Origin: Eledone cirrhosa
Taxonomy: Eukaryota
Reading direction: 5' to 3'
NCBI GenBank assembly: GCA_964016885.1
Contig: OZ024759.1
Location: 6,696,001 to 6,760,000 of the forward strand
Length of the DNA stretch: 64,000 nt
How positions within the stretch are numbered: position 1 is the first letter of the stretch; the number at the start of each line of letters is the position of its first letter. The notes under the pieces were generated by a model. That model was not told the origin of the DNA and ran no database searches. It saw only the letters and a list, made by a program, of their open reading frames with translations. Made by a program: the position numbers and the translations under genes. Shown piece after piece: positions 31,056-45,214 of the stretch.

Positions 31056-32651
31056 CGTTTCTGAATTTGTTTAGCAAGATTCTTTATCTGAAATCGTGTG
31101 TTGAAACCGATATTGTTATACTTTGGGAGGGTCATGTTGCCAATAAGAAACACACGCACCAGTTGCTTTCACTTCAATTTAATTTAATATATATTTATAA
31201 ATTTACAAATTTATAAATTTCTGGTTGGTTGGTTGGTTCCACAACCAGATAGTTGTTTATATATATATAGTCATAGTTCTTTCGTCACACACTCTGTGAC
31301 CTCTTCAGTGACTGGGGATTTCTTTCTTCGTTTCTGTGCCTTTCCTTTCTTCTATCCTACGCCATTTTGTTTGTGTGTGGGTTGCGTGCTCAGTTTGCGC
31401 ATGCGCCACATCCGGGTGTCTGTGTGTGTTTGTGTTCATTTTTCTATTTTTCTATTTATATTTGTTTGTTTATTTATTTATTTATTGTTGGTTGGTTGTT
31501 TGTTCTATGTGTGTGTGTGTTTTCATTTTGTCTTGTGTGTGTTTTCATTTTGTGTGTGTTTTCAATTGTAAGTTGTTTGTTCTATGTGTGTGTGTGTTTT
31601 CATTTTGTCCTTAATTGTAAGTTGTGATGTTGCTGTTCCACTCATATTTTCTATTTAATTTTGGTTTTAATTCTTTTATGCTTACTGCCTCTGTAATTTG
31701 CCTAAACATTGCGTCTTTCTTGTGTGTGGATTCTATTTTTATTTCTATGCTCTCTAATTTACCCCTGTGTTCTATCTTAGCATGTTGGTAGAGCACAGAT
31801 GATTCTTTACTATCTTGGAGGTCTCGCCAGTGTTCATTTATTCGTTCCCCTATACTACGAGCTGTCTCACCTATGTACACTACATTATAGTGTACATAGG
31901 TGAGACAGCTCGTAGTATAGGGGAACGGATAAATGAACACTGGCGAGACCTTCAAGATAATAAAGAATCATCTGTACTCTACCAACATGCTAAGATAGAA
32001 CACAAGGGTAAATTAGAGAACATAGAAATAAAAATAGAATCTACACACAGAAAAGACGCAATGTTTAGACAAATTACAGAGGCAATAAACATAAAAGAAT
32101 TACAACCAAAATTAAATAGAAATTATGAGTGGAACAGCAACATCACAACTTACAATTAAGGACAAAATGAAAACACACACACACATATATAAACAACTTA
32201 CAATTGAAAACACACACAAAATGAAAACACACACAAGACAAAATGAAAACACACACACACATAGAACAAACAACCAACCAACAATAAATAAATAAATAAA
32301 CAAACAAATATAAATAGAAAAATAGAAAAATGAACACAAACACACACAGACACCCGGATGTGGCGCATGCGCAAACTGAGCACGCAACCCACAAACAAAC
32401 AAAATGGCGTAGGATAGAAGAAAGGAAAGGCACAGAAACGAAGAAAGAAATCCCCAGTCACTGAAGAGGTCACAGAGTGTGTGACGAAAGAACTATGACT
32501 ATATATATATAAACAACTATCTGGTTGTGGAACCAACCAACCAACCAGAAATTTATAAATTTGTAAATTTATAAATATATATTAAATTAAATTGAAGTGA
32601 AAGCAACTGGTGCGTGTGTTTCTTATTGGCAACATGACCCTCCCAAAGTAT

Positions 32652-32657
<6 letters not shown>
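31054..32657. mobile_element. Symmetric fold-back PLE remnant (GIY-YIG end + pLTR), related to the element at 57752-63366
   Basis: Palindrome centred near 31884. Both arms encode YIGETARSIGERINEHW..RQITEA..LNR.YEW. Confidence 0.88.
32456..32500 (+). ncRNA. Type I hammerhead in the pLTR (minus-strand relatives near 31270-31315, 34962-35005 and 38120-38166)
   Basis: AGTCA-CTGAAGA-gGTCAC..GTGAC-GAAA-GAAC-TA-TGACT. Confidence 0.78.
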
Positions 32658-32710
<53 letters not shown>

Positions 32711-33070
32711 TGCGTGTGTTTGTATGCATGTATATGTAACTTTGTGTCTGCACACACATACACATACATATATTCAAATGCACATATATTTACATACACC
32801 CCATATATATATATACACGTATATACGTTCTGAGAGAATTAAAATATGTGTGTATGTATTAATATACGCACACGTGCTGAGAGAATTAGCGATTGTATGC
32901 AAGCGTGGTTGTTTCGTTTATAAGAGAAGTTAGGGTCTCCACCGAGTTTATGTGTCAGTGATCCCTGTGACTCAGTCCACGTGAATCAACAAGTGGCAAT
33001 GGTAATTGATTCCGATTATCACTTTTCACCATTCCTAGACAAACTGTAGCAGATATTCTTCTATACACCC

Positions 33071-33119
<49 letters not shown>

Positions 33120-33174
33120 TATAGATATAGATAGGTAAATATACACGGGTGTGTATGATTGTGTATAGAAGATT

Positions 33175-33325
33175 ATATTAATAAGAGGAATTCCAACTTT
33201 GTCTGATTTACTCGTTTTATTTACAATCCTTTAAAATATATATAATGGTATTATAATACCATTATATATATTTTAAAGGATTGTAAATAAAACGAGTAAA
33301 TCAGACAAAGTTGGAATTCCTCTTA

Positions 33326-33332
<7 letters not shown>
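33175..33332. repeat. Near-perfect palindrome of about 158 bp next to (TA)n
   Basis: AAGAGGAATTCCAACTTTGTCTG... pairs with ...CAGACAAAGTTGGAATTCCTCTT; centre near 33253. Confidence 0.85.
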
Positions 33333-33364
<32 letters not shown>

Positions 33365-33368
33365 GCAT

Positions 33369-33989
33369 ACAGTTTCTTGGTCAGTGTCCAAGTCTCAGAC
33401 CCGTACAGCAGCACAGACTCCACTACAGCAATGAAGAGGCGGATTTTCAGGTCTCTACGAAGGTCCGACTTCCACACCGATCTCAAGCTGTGGCACGCCG
33501 CCCAGGCTTTGCTCTTCCTCTCAACCACATCATCTTCCGTATTCCCAATCTTTGCTCCCAAATACAGGAAGTCCTCAACCAATTCTAGCGGCTTCCCGCC
33601 TACATTAGTGATCCCCTTAGATGGTGGATGGGTGCTACACGAGAATGCTGAGGATGGCTCTGAACATTAATCAGTATACACTGAGGATGAAAAACTCAGA
33701 GCTGTATGGGAGCATCCCAAAAGTCAGCTCAAAAGTGACACAGAGGAGACTGAGGTTAGCTGGACATGCTCACCGACATCCAGAGTTGACATTGCACTCA
33801 GTGCTCCTGTGGGAGCCCCTACATGGACACACTAGAAGAGGAAGTCCAAGGTTAACATATGTTGATGCCCTAAGGACAGACACTGGTCTGTTGGAGACGC
33901 AGGACATGGCAGCGATAATGAGGGACAGAGACCGCTGGAGAGAACTCGTCCATGGATCTCGAGAATTTTACCCGCTTTAGATAGATAGT
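33369..33989. mobile_element. RTE-type LINE 3' end with 5' inversion
   Basis: Minus 33620-33369 gives EDFLYLG..VLLYGSETWTLTKKL. Plus 33621-33980 continues DGCYTRMLR..RRLRLAGH..DRDRW. (TAGA)n tail. Confidence 0.85.
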
Positions 33990-34119
33990 CATGCATACAC
34001 ACACACACATATATATATATATATATTAATAAATATTTGCTCGACGGTTCTTATATATTTGATATATATTTATCCTTATCGAGCCCTCTTTGGATTTTAG
34101 TGTTCAAATTTATTATTAT

Positions 34120-34221
<102 letters not shown>

Positions 34222-34319
34222 ATAATAATACATTCTTTTGCAATATAAATACAGATGTGTTGGTATCTGTGTTTCATCATATATATTAGTTTATATACAT
34301 ATATATGTAGAAAGTGAGT

Positions 34320-34684
34320 AATATTGTAGAACAATAAAACTATGCATATATCAGATAAGTAGCACTCGACAGTTGGTAGAACTGGAGTATATATAATAAA
34401 GAAGAAACTAAAAGATGGTTAAAAGAGTTCCATATATTTTATTATGCGCATTTCGAATACAAAATCATCCTGGGACATAAATTGTGTTCTCATCAGATAA
34501 AATAAGGTAACATATGAGGCATAATAGCACTTTCCTGTAAACAACTGCTATTATGCCTCATATAATGTTACCCTATTTTATCTGATGAGAACACAATTAT
34601 TGTCCTAGGATGATTTTGTATTCGAAGTGCGCATAATAAAATATATGGAACTCTTTTAACCATCTTTTAATTTCTTCTTTATTA

Positions 34685-34690
<6 letters not shown>
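34320..34690. mobile_element. Fold-back HHR-bearing pLTR remnant
   Basis: Inverted arms centred near 34538; CTGATGA..GAA(A/G)TGCGCATA on both strands. Confidence 0.7.
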
Positions 34691-34718
<28 letters not shown>

Positions 34719-34751
34719 CATAATATATATATACGTATATATATATATATT

Positions 34752-34823
<72 letters not shown>

Positions 34824-34826
<3 letters not shown>

Positions 34827-35040
34827 TGTTATACTTTGGGAGAGTCATGCTCTCAATAAAAACACACGCACCTGTTGGTTTTCACTTCAATTTATTATAG
34901 ATATCTGTTTGGTTGGTTGGTTCGATAACCGGATGTTTGTTTATATATCGTTTATATATTGGGAAAGCTCTTTCGTCACACATTCTGTGACCTCCTCAGT
35001 GACTAGGTTTTTATTTTTTGGACTGTTTTACATATTGTTA
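34824..35040 (-). mobile_element. pLTR 3' end of the [12 protein letters not shown] family
   Basis: Reverse complement ends ATGACTCTCCCAAAGTATAACAATAT(AT)n and carries an HHR motif. Confidence 0.7.
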
Positions 35041-35127
35041 CTGTTCCATTAATGGATTGTACTTGCAATTTCCTAACTAGTCGTGTTTGTATGTATGTAT
35101 ATATGTATATATGTATGTATATATATA

Positions 35128-35302
35128 TGTCGAGTCACTCCTGTGTACTACTGGTAACATGTAACCCTGTACAACCTGTTCGCATGGTCGGGTCGTCGGC
35201 AACTAAACCGGTAACCCCCACAGGACAAAAGACAAAACCTGACGAAGGGCGGAAGAATTCATGAGTCAACGACCATTCAAAAATGTGGAAATATGTATAT
35301 AC

Positions 35303-35342
<40 letters not shown>

Positions 35343-35543
35343 ACATATGTGTATATATGCGCGGGAACATTGAAATAATAAGGCTGGATACCCGATCGCG
35401 CGGTTAAACCACTGCGAGTGAAGGACCCCTAGCCCTTGTCAGGGCATTCTTCTAGGAGGAGGTAACTCAGGAAACTGGAATAACTCCAACATAAAACCTG
35501 CAACTCAGTAGTTACCGATGATGTTGATCTTTTCTTCTTTTCG
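35128..35543 (+). mobile_element. RTE-derived element, 5' half
   Basis: Reverse complement of about 6465-6899. Confidence 0.65.
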
Positions 35544-36785
35544 GTTGTCTGGACTGATGTTAGGCCTCTGCCTCCCTGCTTACGTTTCAAGTAAAGGCGG
35601 TCTATGTCACTGTTGATGTGGAAGTTTCTGGTGTTGTTGAGTATTATTCGAGTTTTAACCACAATTGCTCGGATTTCGTCTATCGTCCAATTGAGTATTC
35701 CAAACGTTGGTGTTAGGACTGGCACAGCAAACACATTGTGAGCCACTGTTTTGTTTTGCGGAGAGAGTTCCGATGACCAGATCTTTCTTAATCGGGTGTA
35801 GTATTCCCTGGTTACGCGTTCTTTGTTACAGATACTATTATAGGATATGTTCTCATCTATCCCCAGGTATCTGTAGCAGTCCTTATCAGACATCAATGAA
35901 ACAGTTAGGCCATTGATAACAATGTTGCTAGATTGGGTTGTTGTTTTTCCTTGCTTTACAGTCATATATGAGCATTTATCTTGGCCAAACTCCATTCCTA
36001 TATCCTTTGAGAATGTTGTAACCAGGTCAAGAACTTTCTTCATCCCATCCATGTTCTTGGCATAGAGTTTCAGATCGTCCTCAAAGAAATTATGGGTTAG
36101 GTTCGTATTTCTGTCCTCCTGTGAGCCAATGATGTATCCTTCACATTTCTTGAGCAGAAAGGACAAGGGGTTTAATGACAGGATAAATAGTATCACAGAG
36201 AGTCTGCCTCCTTGAAATATACCCCTGCGATATTTTATTTTATCAGTGAAAATAGAGTCTTCCTTCTCTGTTATGAACTTTAGAAGAGTAGCCCAAAAGA
36301 AGAAGACAGCTTCTCTATGGCTCTGATAATAATGTCTGGTACTTTAGCAAGTCGGGGGGGGGGGGGGGGCTCTATCATCCAAGAGTGGGGAACAGAATCG
36401 AAAGCTTTCCTATAGTCCAGCCAGACTGTAGTCATATTCCTCCTAAGTTGTCGCACCTCCGACATCGCAGTTTTGTTGATTAGGAGTTGTTCAGCACATC
36501 CCCAAACCCCTTTCTTTCCAGCTGCTTGTTCATCTGTGATGATGTTATTATCCCGCCGAGGTTAACTTTGCCTTTCATCCTTACGGGGTCGATGAAATAA
36601 AGTACCTGTAATACACTGACTGGGTAATTGCTAGCCTTGTGCCAAAAGTAGAAACAGTTATTATTTTCACAGTGATCTTGGAGGAATAGGTTCAGGCAGG
36701 CTGTATACATCTTATACATCAGGTTCTGGCAAGCAATGGGTCGGTAGTTTTTTGCCAAGTGGGTGCCTTTGTTCTTGGGGACCAG
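35544..36785 (-). mobile_element. R4/Dong-type RT fragment, interrupted by a SINE at about 36552-36655
   Basis: NYRPIAC, WLDYRKAFDSVPHSW, GIFQG, FEDDLKLY; nearly identical to 1-520. Frameshifted. Confidence 0.85.
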
Positions 36786-36800
36786 TATGTATGTATGTAT

Positions 36801-37000
36801 GTTATCTCTTTCTCTTAATTTCGAGTATATTTTTTTGACCGGCCACCTTCCTGGTGGCAAGGCTGTAAAAGAAAAGAAATTGTCATCCCTTGAATCACAA
36901 GAATGTTTTCAAATTTTGAAGGTGCCAGCTATCGCAGCCATTTGTAGACTATGAATTAGGGAGCTGCGCTTTTTGTCCGCAAATCCAAGTTCAGTCATAC
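36801..37000 (-). mobile_element. 3' tip of a second R4/Dong-type family between (TATG)n tracts
   Basis: Matches 44311-44511; encodes LQMAAIAGTFKI. Confidence 0.7.
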
Positions 37001-37061
37001 TATGTATGTATGTATGTATGTATGTATGTATGTATGTATGTATGTATGTATGTATGTATTT

Positions 37062-37712
37062 ATGTTCTTCTGGTTTTATAATTTCACAAAGTTTTACCAA
37101 TAGAGAGAGAGTCGGTTTCTAACATAGACACAAGAGTCTCTCATTGGAATTTACACAACATCAACTAGGTAGATATGTATGTATGCATGCATGTGTAGAT
37201 ATGGATGTGTCAAGGGTACCCTCACTTATTTCGTATGTTTTTGTTGTAGTGTAGGAGCAATAGTTCTATCGGATTTCTCCTAGCCACACTGCATCTTGGT
37301 TGAAATTCTTCTTTTCACGCCATATTTTTCTCCAAAAGGAATCTATGTCTTTCTGGGATACTTATTATTTTTCCCTTCATATCTCTATAGACTGATGTTC
37401 GGTTTCGTCTGAATCTTTTATTAAGCACTTTTCTTTCATCTACCTTCTTCAGGTATCGGCGTTTTTCGCTAACAGCTCTCAATTCTTGTTTGAGGGTGAT
37501 CAGCTTATATTGAAGAGTTCTGGTTCTATTGTTACCAAACATCGTCTCTATTTTATTTTTCACTCTTTGTTGGTGAGGAGTGAGTTTTTTTGTGTTTGTT
37601 TGCATGTAATGTGTGTATGTATGTATGTATGTATGTATGTATGTATGTATGTATGTATGTATGTATGTATGTTCTTCTGGTTTTATAATTTCACAAAGTT
37701 TTACCAATAGAG
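37062..37712 (-). mobile_element. Fragments of the first R4/Dong-type family (two 3' UTR tips plus an upstream coding piece)
   Basis: 37062-37208 and 37671-37711 match the reverse complement of 1620-1764. 37215-37610 encodes a basic helical segment (LKQELRA..RY..LNKRF). Confidence 0.6.
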
Positions 37713-37924
37713 GAAAATATGAATATAAAGACGGGATACAATTGTCACACCTTTAGAATGTTTAATTAGAGGTACAGTGAAAGGACAGTGAAATAGGATA
37801 TTATTATTATATCAACTTTGCCTTTCATCCTTATGGGGTCGATAAAATAAAGTACCAGTAATGCACTGGGTAATTGCTGGCCTTGTGCCTAAAGTAGAAA
37901 CAATTATTATATCAACTTATATAT

Positions 37925-38250
37925 AAATAAAGTATTTTGTCGTTTTTTAATTTGTTTTGCAAGATTTCTTATCTGAAAACGTGTGTTGAAACAGATATTG
38001 TTATACTTTGGGGGGGGGGGGGTCATGTTGCCAGTAAAAACACACACACACCTGTCTGTTTTCACTTCAATTTATTATAAATTTCCGGTTGGTTGGTTCG
38101 ATAACCAAATAGTTTATATACTGTCAAAGCTCTTTCGTCACACGTTCTCTGACCTCCTCAGTGACTGGTTTCTTATTTTGTGTCTCTCTTTTGTTGTGTC
38201 CTCCACCATCTTGTTTTTGTGTGTGGTGTGCTGTTTTATTTCGTTTCTTT
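37925..38250 (-). mobile_element. pLTR fragment of the [12 protein letters not shown] family
   Basis: Reverse complement encodes KYNNICFNTRFQIRNLAKQI; HHR at about 38120-38166. Confidence 0.7.
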
Positions 38251-38267
38251 AAAATTATATGTATGTA

Positions 38268-38572
38268 TGTTGTTCTGGTTTTATAATTTCACAAAGTTTT
38301 CCCAATAGAGAGAGAGAGTCGGTTTCTAACAGAGATACAAGACTCTCTCATTGGAACTTATACAACATCAACTAGGTAGATATGTATGTATGTGTAGATA
38401 TGGATGTTATTGTATGTTTAGATGTGTATGTTTTGAGTTGTATGTGTGCATGTGTATATGCTTTGTATCTGTACATGTGTATATGCAGTTATTAGATGCA
38501 AAATTTTTGGAATGTTTTACATATTTTTAGTGTTCCATTAATGGATTGTACTTGTAGTTTCCTAACTAGTTG
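38268..38572 (-). mobile_element. 3' end of the first R4/Dong-type family
   Basis: Reverse complement of 1455-1764; flanked by (TATG)n. Confidence 0.8.
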
Positions 38573-38614
38573 TATGTATGTATGTATGTATGTATGTATG
38601 TATGTATGTATGTA

Positions 38615-39072
38615 TCAAAGGGCAAAGGAGCTCTTAAGAGTCAATGGCCATCCAAAATCACCGGGAGAAATGACCCCTTAGCCTTTGTCAAGGCAGAATT
38701 CTAGGAGAAGGAAAACTCTGATATAACACCTGCAACCCTGATGGTATCCAATGATGTTGACTTGTTCTTCTTTTTGGTAAATATCATCTTGGTTAAGAGA
38801 GTGGGACTGGCTTTGTGCAGTTCCTTTGCTCACTATAAAAGCTTCACGGCACAGGCATTGCTTTATATCTGGACATCTCTCTGCACTTGTCATCACATGG
38901 TACCATGGGCCCAGCACTATGTGTCAATAATTGTCACAGGTGTAGTGTTTGTACCAGAGTTTTCAAGTCGCTGGCTGGACTAAAAAGTCACACTCGTTCA
39001 GCGCATCGGTAGGGGTTCTCCTACATGGATATAAAGTAGTGGCCGTACTCGAAAACGAGTTGGCAGCCACCA
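38615..39072 (+). mobile_element. RTE-derived non-autonomous element
   Basis: Reverse complement of 1986-2443. Confidence 0.65.
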
Positions 39073-39487
39073 TGTATGTACTAGCTGGCTTCGTGCCGTC
39101 GAAAATGATGGCTAATTGTAATATCTATATTTAATATAAAGAGATGTTGGTTGGTTGGTTGGTTGGTTGGTTCTTCACGCTCACTCACACAAGTTATATG
39201 AACACACAAACACACAGTTGTGACGAATCTTAGAACGCTGGACTTCTATAGTTTCTCACCCCCTTCTTCCCCAGTTATCACATAGATGGGTGTGTATTAG
39301 ACATATCTAGTGTGTGACGGATAAATATACAAGGCTATTATATATACATATATAAATACATAAACGGAGAAAGCTACTAGCGATACTCCGACCAAATTCC
39401 AACTCACTCAACCAATACTAGGAAATACTGGAGTATATTCCCAATTAAACGTTTGCGGTGCTAACTATATTGTATTGTGTGGAGAAT

Positions 39488-39678
39488 TGGCTGTGGATTG
39501 GCAGCATCGGTAGAGGGTCGGACGCCATGCTTTCCAGCATAGTTACGTCCCTTTACGGTCTGAGTTCAAATCCCGCCGAGGTTAAATTTGCCTTTCATCC
39601 TTACGGGGTCGATAAAATAAAGTACCAGTAATGCACTGGGTAATTGCTGGCCTTGTGCCTAAAGTAGAAACAATTATT
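39488..39678 (+). mobile_element. tRNA-derived SINE with Nin-like domain
   Basis: A-box-like TGGCAGCATCGG, B box GAGTTCAAATCC, then GCCTTTCATCCTTACGGGGTCGATAAAATAAAGTACCAG. Confidence 0.75.
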
Positions 39679-39982
39679 TCATATGAGATATATTAAAGAT
39701 GTCATTCCCCAAACGAATCGTTTCATTATAACATTTCTACATTGTGGGTGAAATTATAGCAAGTTATGTAGAATATAGTATATATAGTATATATAAAGTT
39801 TCAAGTTTCATACAGTATTTCGTAGTTTTCCTATGTTTGTGTGAGCCTGAAGCCAGTTTCCAAGAGCCTCGTCAGACGTCTCACGTGTGTATGAAACTAA
39901 ATAAGCTCTCTTGCAGTAATTTGAGCGGCACCTCGCCCTTTATGGCACCTCGCCCTACGTCCAGAGCCCTAGCATCCCCCCT

Positions 39983-40565
39983 CTGTGACACTACAGTCCC
40001 CCCTCCCCTCCCTTCAGTGACACTACAGTCCCCACCCTGCCCCTCCTCTCTGACACTACAGTCATACCCCTCACCCCTGTGACACTACAGTCCTCCCCTT
40101 CCCCCTCCCTCTGTGACACTACAGTCATCCCCCTCCCTCCTGTGGCACTACAGTCCACCTCCCTTCTGTGACACTACACTCCCTCCTCCCCCTCCTCTGT
40201 GACACTACAGTCCTCCCCCTCACCCCTGTGATACTATAGCCCTCCCCTTCCCTCTCCCTCCTGTGATACTACAGTCTTCCCCCTCCCTCCTGTGACACTA
40301 CAGTCCCCATCCCCCTCCTCTGTGACACTAAAGTCATCCCCCTCACCCCTGTGACACTACAGTCCTCTCCTTCCCCCTCCCTCCTGTGACACTACAGCCC
40401 CCCCCCCCGTGACACTACAATCCCCCCTCCTCTGTAACACTACAGTCCCCCCTCCTGTGACACTACAACCCCCCCCCCCCCCTTCCCGTGACACTAAAGT
40501 CCCCCCCTCCTCTGTGACACTACAGTCATCTCCCTCCCTCGTGTGACACTAAAGTCCCCCCCTCT
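39983..40565. repeat. C-rich minisatellite (GTGACACTACAGTC + C/T tract, variable unit near 30 bp)
   Basis: Directly visible; the minus strand is rich in G runs. Confidence 0.9.
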
Positions 40566-40696
40566 CCACATATTCCTATTTTACATTCCATTCTCTAAAT
40601 CTTCTTTTCTCTCCCTATTAAACTGTATTTACAGATATATTCCAGAAATAAAATTACCTATTCTATATATACCCCACCCAATATATATATATATGA

Positions 40697-40769
<73 letters not shown>

Positions 40770-41019
40770 TAAGGAGTTAACCGACCAAGGTTCGCCGTCC
40801 CCTCGTATCATAAAAAACTTGAAATTGTTGGAAGGTGTTGAAATATTTTGATATCATCTGAGGAGGTCAGTTGGAGGGGCGGGAGTCGCACTGTCAAGTC
40901 GACCCCACCTTCTATCATGGACATAGGAATACACTTACACACAACTGCACATGGCTTTCACTCTATTTAATATTCTCTGTCTCTCAGCCCCCCTCTCTCT
41001 CTCCCTCTCTCTATATATA

Positions 41020-41140
<121 letters not shown>

Positions 41141-41220
41141 AGATAAGCAGAACAAGCAAAAATCAAACAATTTTTAAAATAAATTAAAAAATATAATTTA
41201 AATATTTAGCTACTCTCAGT

Positions 41221-41304
41221 TGCTCTTACCGATCGGTTTCCCTTTACAAAACATTAGAAATCCATGGGATTTCTAATGGAAAAGTAAAGTTCATCAGAGA
41301 AGCA
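41221..41304 (-). ncRNA. Type I hammerhead ribozyme
   Basis: Reverse complement: TGCTTCT-CTGATGA-aCTTTAC..CATTAGAAATCC/GGATTTCTAATG..GTAAAG-GAAA-CCGATCGG-TA-AGAGCA. Confidence 0.72.
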
Positions 41305-41620
41305 TTTTCCTTTCCTAGGGCTAAAGTCCCAGGAACGGCAAAATATATTGCCATCTACTAGCTAGCACAAGATCGAGTTTTCCATTAGAATTCTATAAGA
41401 ATATAACATCAGTGATCTCAGTAGACAGGAGGGAGTAGTTAGCCTTGATAAGCATCAATAAATGCGAAACAAGGCCTTGTCGGCTTATCTCCCCTTGTTT
41501 GCTGAGATTAAAGTAAGTGAGTTTGTCATTACTCTAAAACAATAGCATACGGTCTTCAAAATGCTTTTAAAAATACATTATATATACATTCATATATATA
41601 TTGCTATTTCAGAGCTCCAA

Positions 41621-41715
<95 letters not shown>

Positions 41716-42127
41716 GGAAGAATTTCCCAAACTGATCAGATTAGAGCAAAAATCACGAGCGCTCTATCTCAAAATTATTTTTGAAAAGCATTAGAAATGC
41801 GCAACCGGTAAAAACTTAAAACTAAAACTGAATTCTAACTAATACTTATTACTAATTTATACTTATTCCTAATTAAACTATTTTTCACTGGGAAAAATTT
41901 GTCAGCATTTTCTTTTCCTTTTTACTAATATATATATATATATTATAAATAATAATAGCAGTGTTGTAATTATTGGGTATACACATTAGCAAAGTGTTTA
42001 AAGCTCAGGATGAAGCTCTATCGGTTGAAACAGGTCTTAGTTTAAAAGCATCTTGACTTTTCCATGCTTCTTAATCTTTATAACACACACACACACACAC
42101 ACACACATACCCCCCCCCCCACATATT

Positions 42128-42931
<804 letters not shown>

Positions 42932-42992
42932 AAAGACATTTTTTCCAAATCCAACCCGCTCGTCCCCTCAATTTATCTTATTTCTCATTCTT

Positions 42993-43028
42993 TCTTCTGA
43001 TGAAGGACTAGCGTCCGAAACGTTAAGA
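42993..43028 (+). ncRNA. Minimal PLE-type hammerhead
   Basis: TCTT-CTGATGA-aGGAC tagc GTCC-GAAA-CG-TT-AAGA. Confidence 0.75.
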
Positions 43029-43574
43029 CCCTCTTCCTGCTATATCAAGCGTTAACCTAATATATACCTTCCATATACTGTACTGATTGTGTTGTTATTT
43101 CTGTTTACCTTTTACATATATACATATGTATATATATATATATGTATATATATGTGTGTGTGTATGTATGTATGTGTGTGTGTGTGTGTCTTGTTAACGC
43201 TGTTCTATTTTCCCCCTTCAACAGGAACCCCCAAGTCTATACCAATCTACTCTCCCCCATTAGATTACTGGAGTAGGGGGGAAACTATTCTAGCCGCCAC
43301 CATCACCCTCGTGCAGTGGGATTTGAATTCAGAATATAAAATGATTGCAATTTAATACCAGGAGACCCTTCATCTCTCGTTCCTCCGAACCCTTGTACGG
43401 CAATTAGTCAGCAAATGAGGGCCCAAAGGTTTTCATACTGATTCAAGCAGGGTGTTCACATTTCCCCCCTCCTGGGCCACGGGAAATCTCTCAACCTTTT
43501 CCTTACTATATTTCTATCAAACACACTGCCTATGATGTATAATATAACGTATGATGTATAATTAACTCGGTGTA

Positions 43575-44310
43575 TATATGTGATGGTATGTGTGTGTATG
43601 TATGTATGTATGTATGTATGTATGTATGTATGTATGTATGTATGTATGTATGTATGTATGTATGTGTATGTATGTATGCATGTATGTATGTGTATGTATG
43701 TATGTGTGTGTATGTATGCATGTATATGTATGTATGTGTATGTATGTATTTATGTGTATGTATGTATGTATGTGTATGTATGTATGTATGTGTATGTATG
43801 TATGTATGTGTGTATGCATGTATGTATGTATGTATGTATGTATGTATGTGTATGTATGTGTGTGTATGTATGGATGTATGTATGTGTATGTATGTATGTA
43901 TGTATGTATGTATGTATGTATGTATGTATGTATGTATGAATGTATGTATGTATGGATGTATGTATGTGTATGTATGTGTGTGTATGTATGCATGTATGTA
44001 TGTGTATGTATGTATGTATGTATGTATGCATGTGTGTATGCATGTATGTGTATGTATATATGTGTATGTATTTATGTGTATGTATGTATGTATGTATGTA
44101 TGTATGTATGTATGTATGTATGTATGTATGTATGTATGTGTATGGATGTATGTATGTGTATGTATGGATGTATGTATGTATGTGTGTATGTGCATGTATG
44201 GATGTATGTATGTATGTATGTGTATGTATGTATGTGTATGTATGTGTGTGTATGTATGTATGTATGTATGTATGTATGTATCTATGTATGTATGAATGTA
44301 TGTATGTATG
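43575..44310. repeat. (TATG)n microsatellite
   Basis: Directly visible. Confidence 0.95.
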
Positions 44311-44825
44311 TTTTCTCTTTCTCTTAATTTCGAGTATATTTTTTTGACCGGCCACCTTCCTGGTGGCAAGGTTGTAAAAGAAAAGAAATTATCATCCCTT
44401 GAATCGCAAGAATGTTTTGCAAATTTTGAAGGTGCCAGCTATCGCAGCCATTTGTAGACTATGAATTAGGGAGCTGCGCTTTTTGTCCGCAAATCCAAGT
44501 TCGGTCATACTTTGGTCCAAGCGGGTTGGTATATAACCCATAGCACCAATAATGATGGGTATGAAGATAAAGGTTTATCTTGGATACTGGATTTGTAAAC
44601 TCCTCATCAATGGTCCGTAGATGTCCTCTTTCTCCTGTATTTTTCTGACAACGTTTACATCAAGTGGGCAGCTGATCTCCACAACAGAACACGTTTTCAA
44701 TGTGTGGTCCCAAACTACAATATCAGGCCGGTTGTGCTTTAATTTGGTGGCAGTTTTTATTTTCAGGTTCCACCAGTATTCCTTAGTGCCATCTGTATCA
44801 ATATATTCTTCCTCGTTTGTTGTTA
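44311..44825 (-). mobile_element. R4/Dong-type element, second family: endonuclease end + 3' UTR
   Basis: Reverse complement encodes EYWWN..KHNRPDIVVWD..VVEISCP..IPIIIGAMG..GTFKICKTF. Flanked by (TATG)n. Confidence 0.82.
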
Positions 44826-45214
44826 ATTTTGTTGTTAATTATGTATGTATGTATGTATGAATGTATGAATGTATGTATGTATGTATGTATGTGTGTGTAT
44901 GTATGCATGTATGTATGTGTATGTATGTATGTATGCATGTGTGTATGCATGTATGTGTATGTATGTATGTGTATGTATGTATGTATGTATGTATGTGTAT
45001 GTATCTATGTATGTGTATGTATGGATGTATGTATGTATGTATGTGCATGTATGGATGTATGTATGTATGTGTATGTATGGATGTATGTGTATCTATGTGT
45101 GTGTGTGTGTGTATGCATGTATGTATGTATATATGTGTGGGTATCTGTGTATGTATGTATTTGCTTGCATACAGATGTGCATACTAGGAAATATATGTAT
45201 TTATATACACGCAC

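Noticed and set aside
32930-33006. Possible small exon ending in ATG/GTAATT
   Set aside because: Weak acceptor, unrecognisable peptide and no supporting neighbour.
35128-35220. HDV-like ribozyme at the 5' end of the RTE-derived element
   Set aside because: A CTAAAC(C/T)GG segment and a possible P2 pairing exist, but I could not identify a convincing P1 or P1.1.
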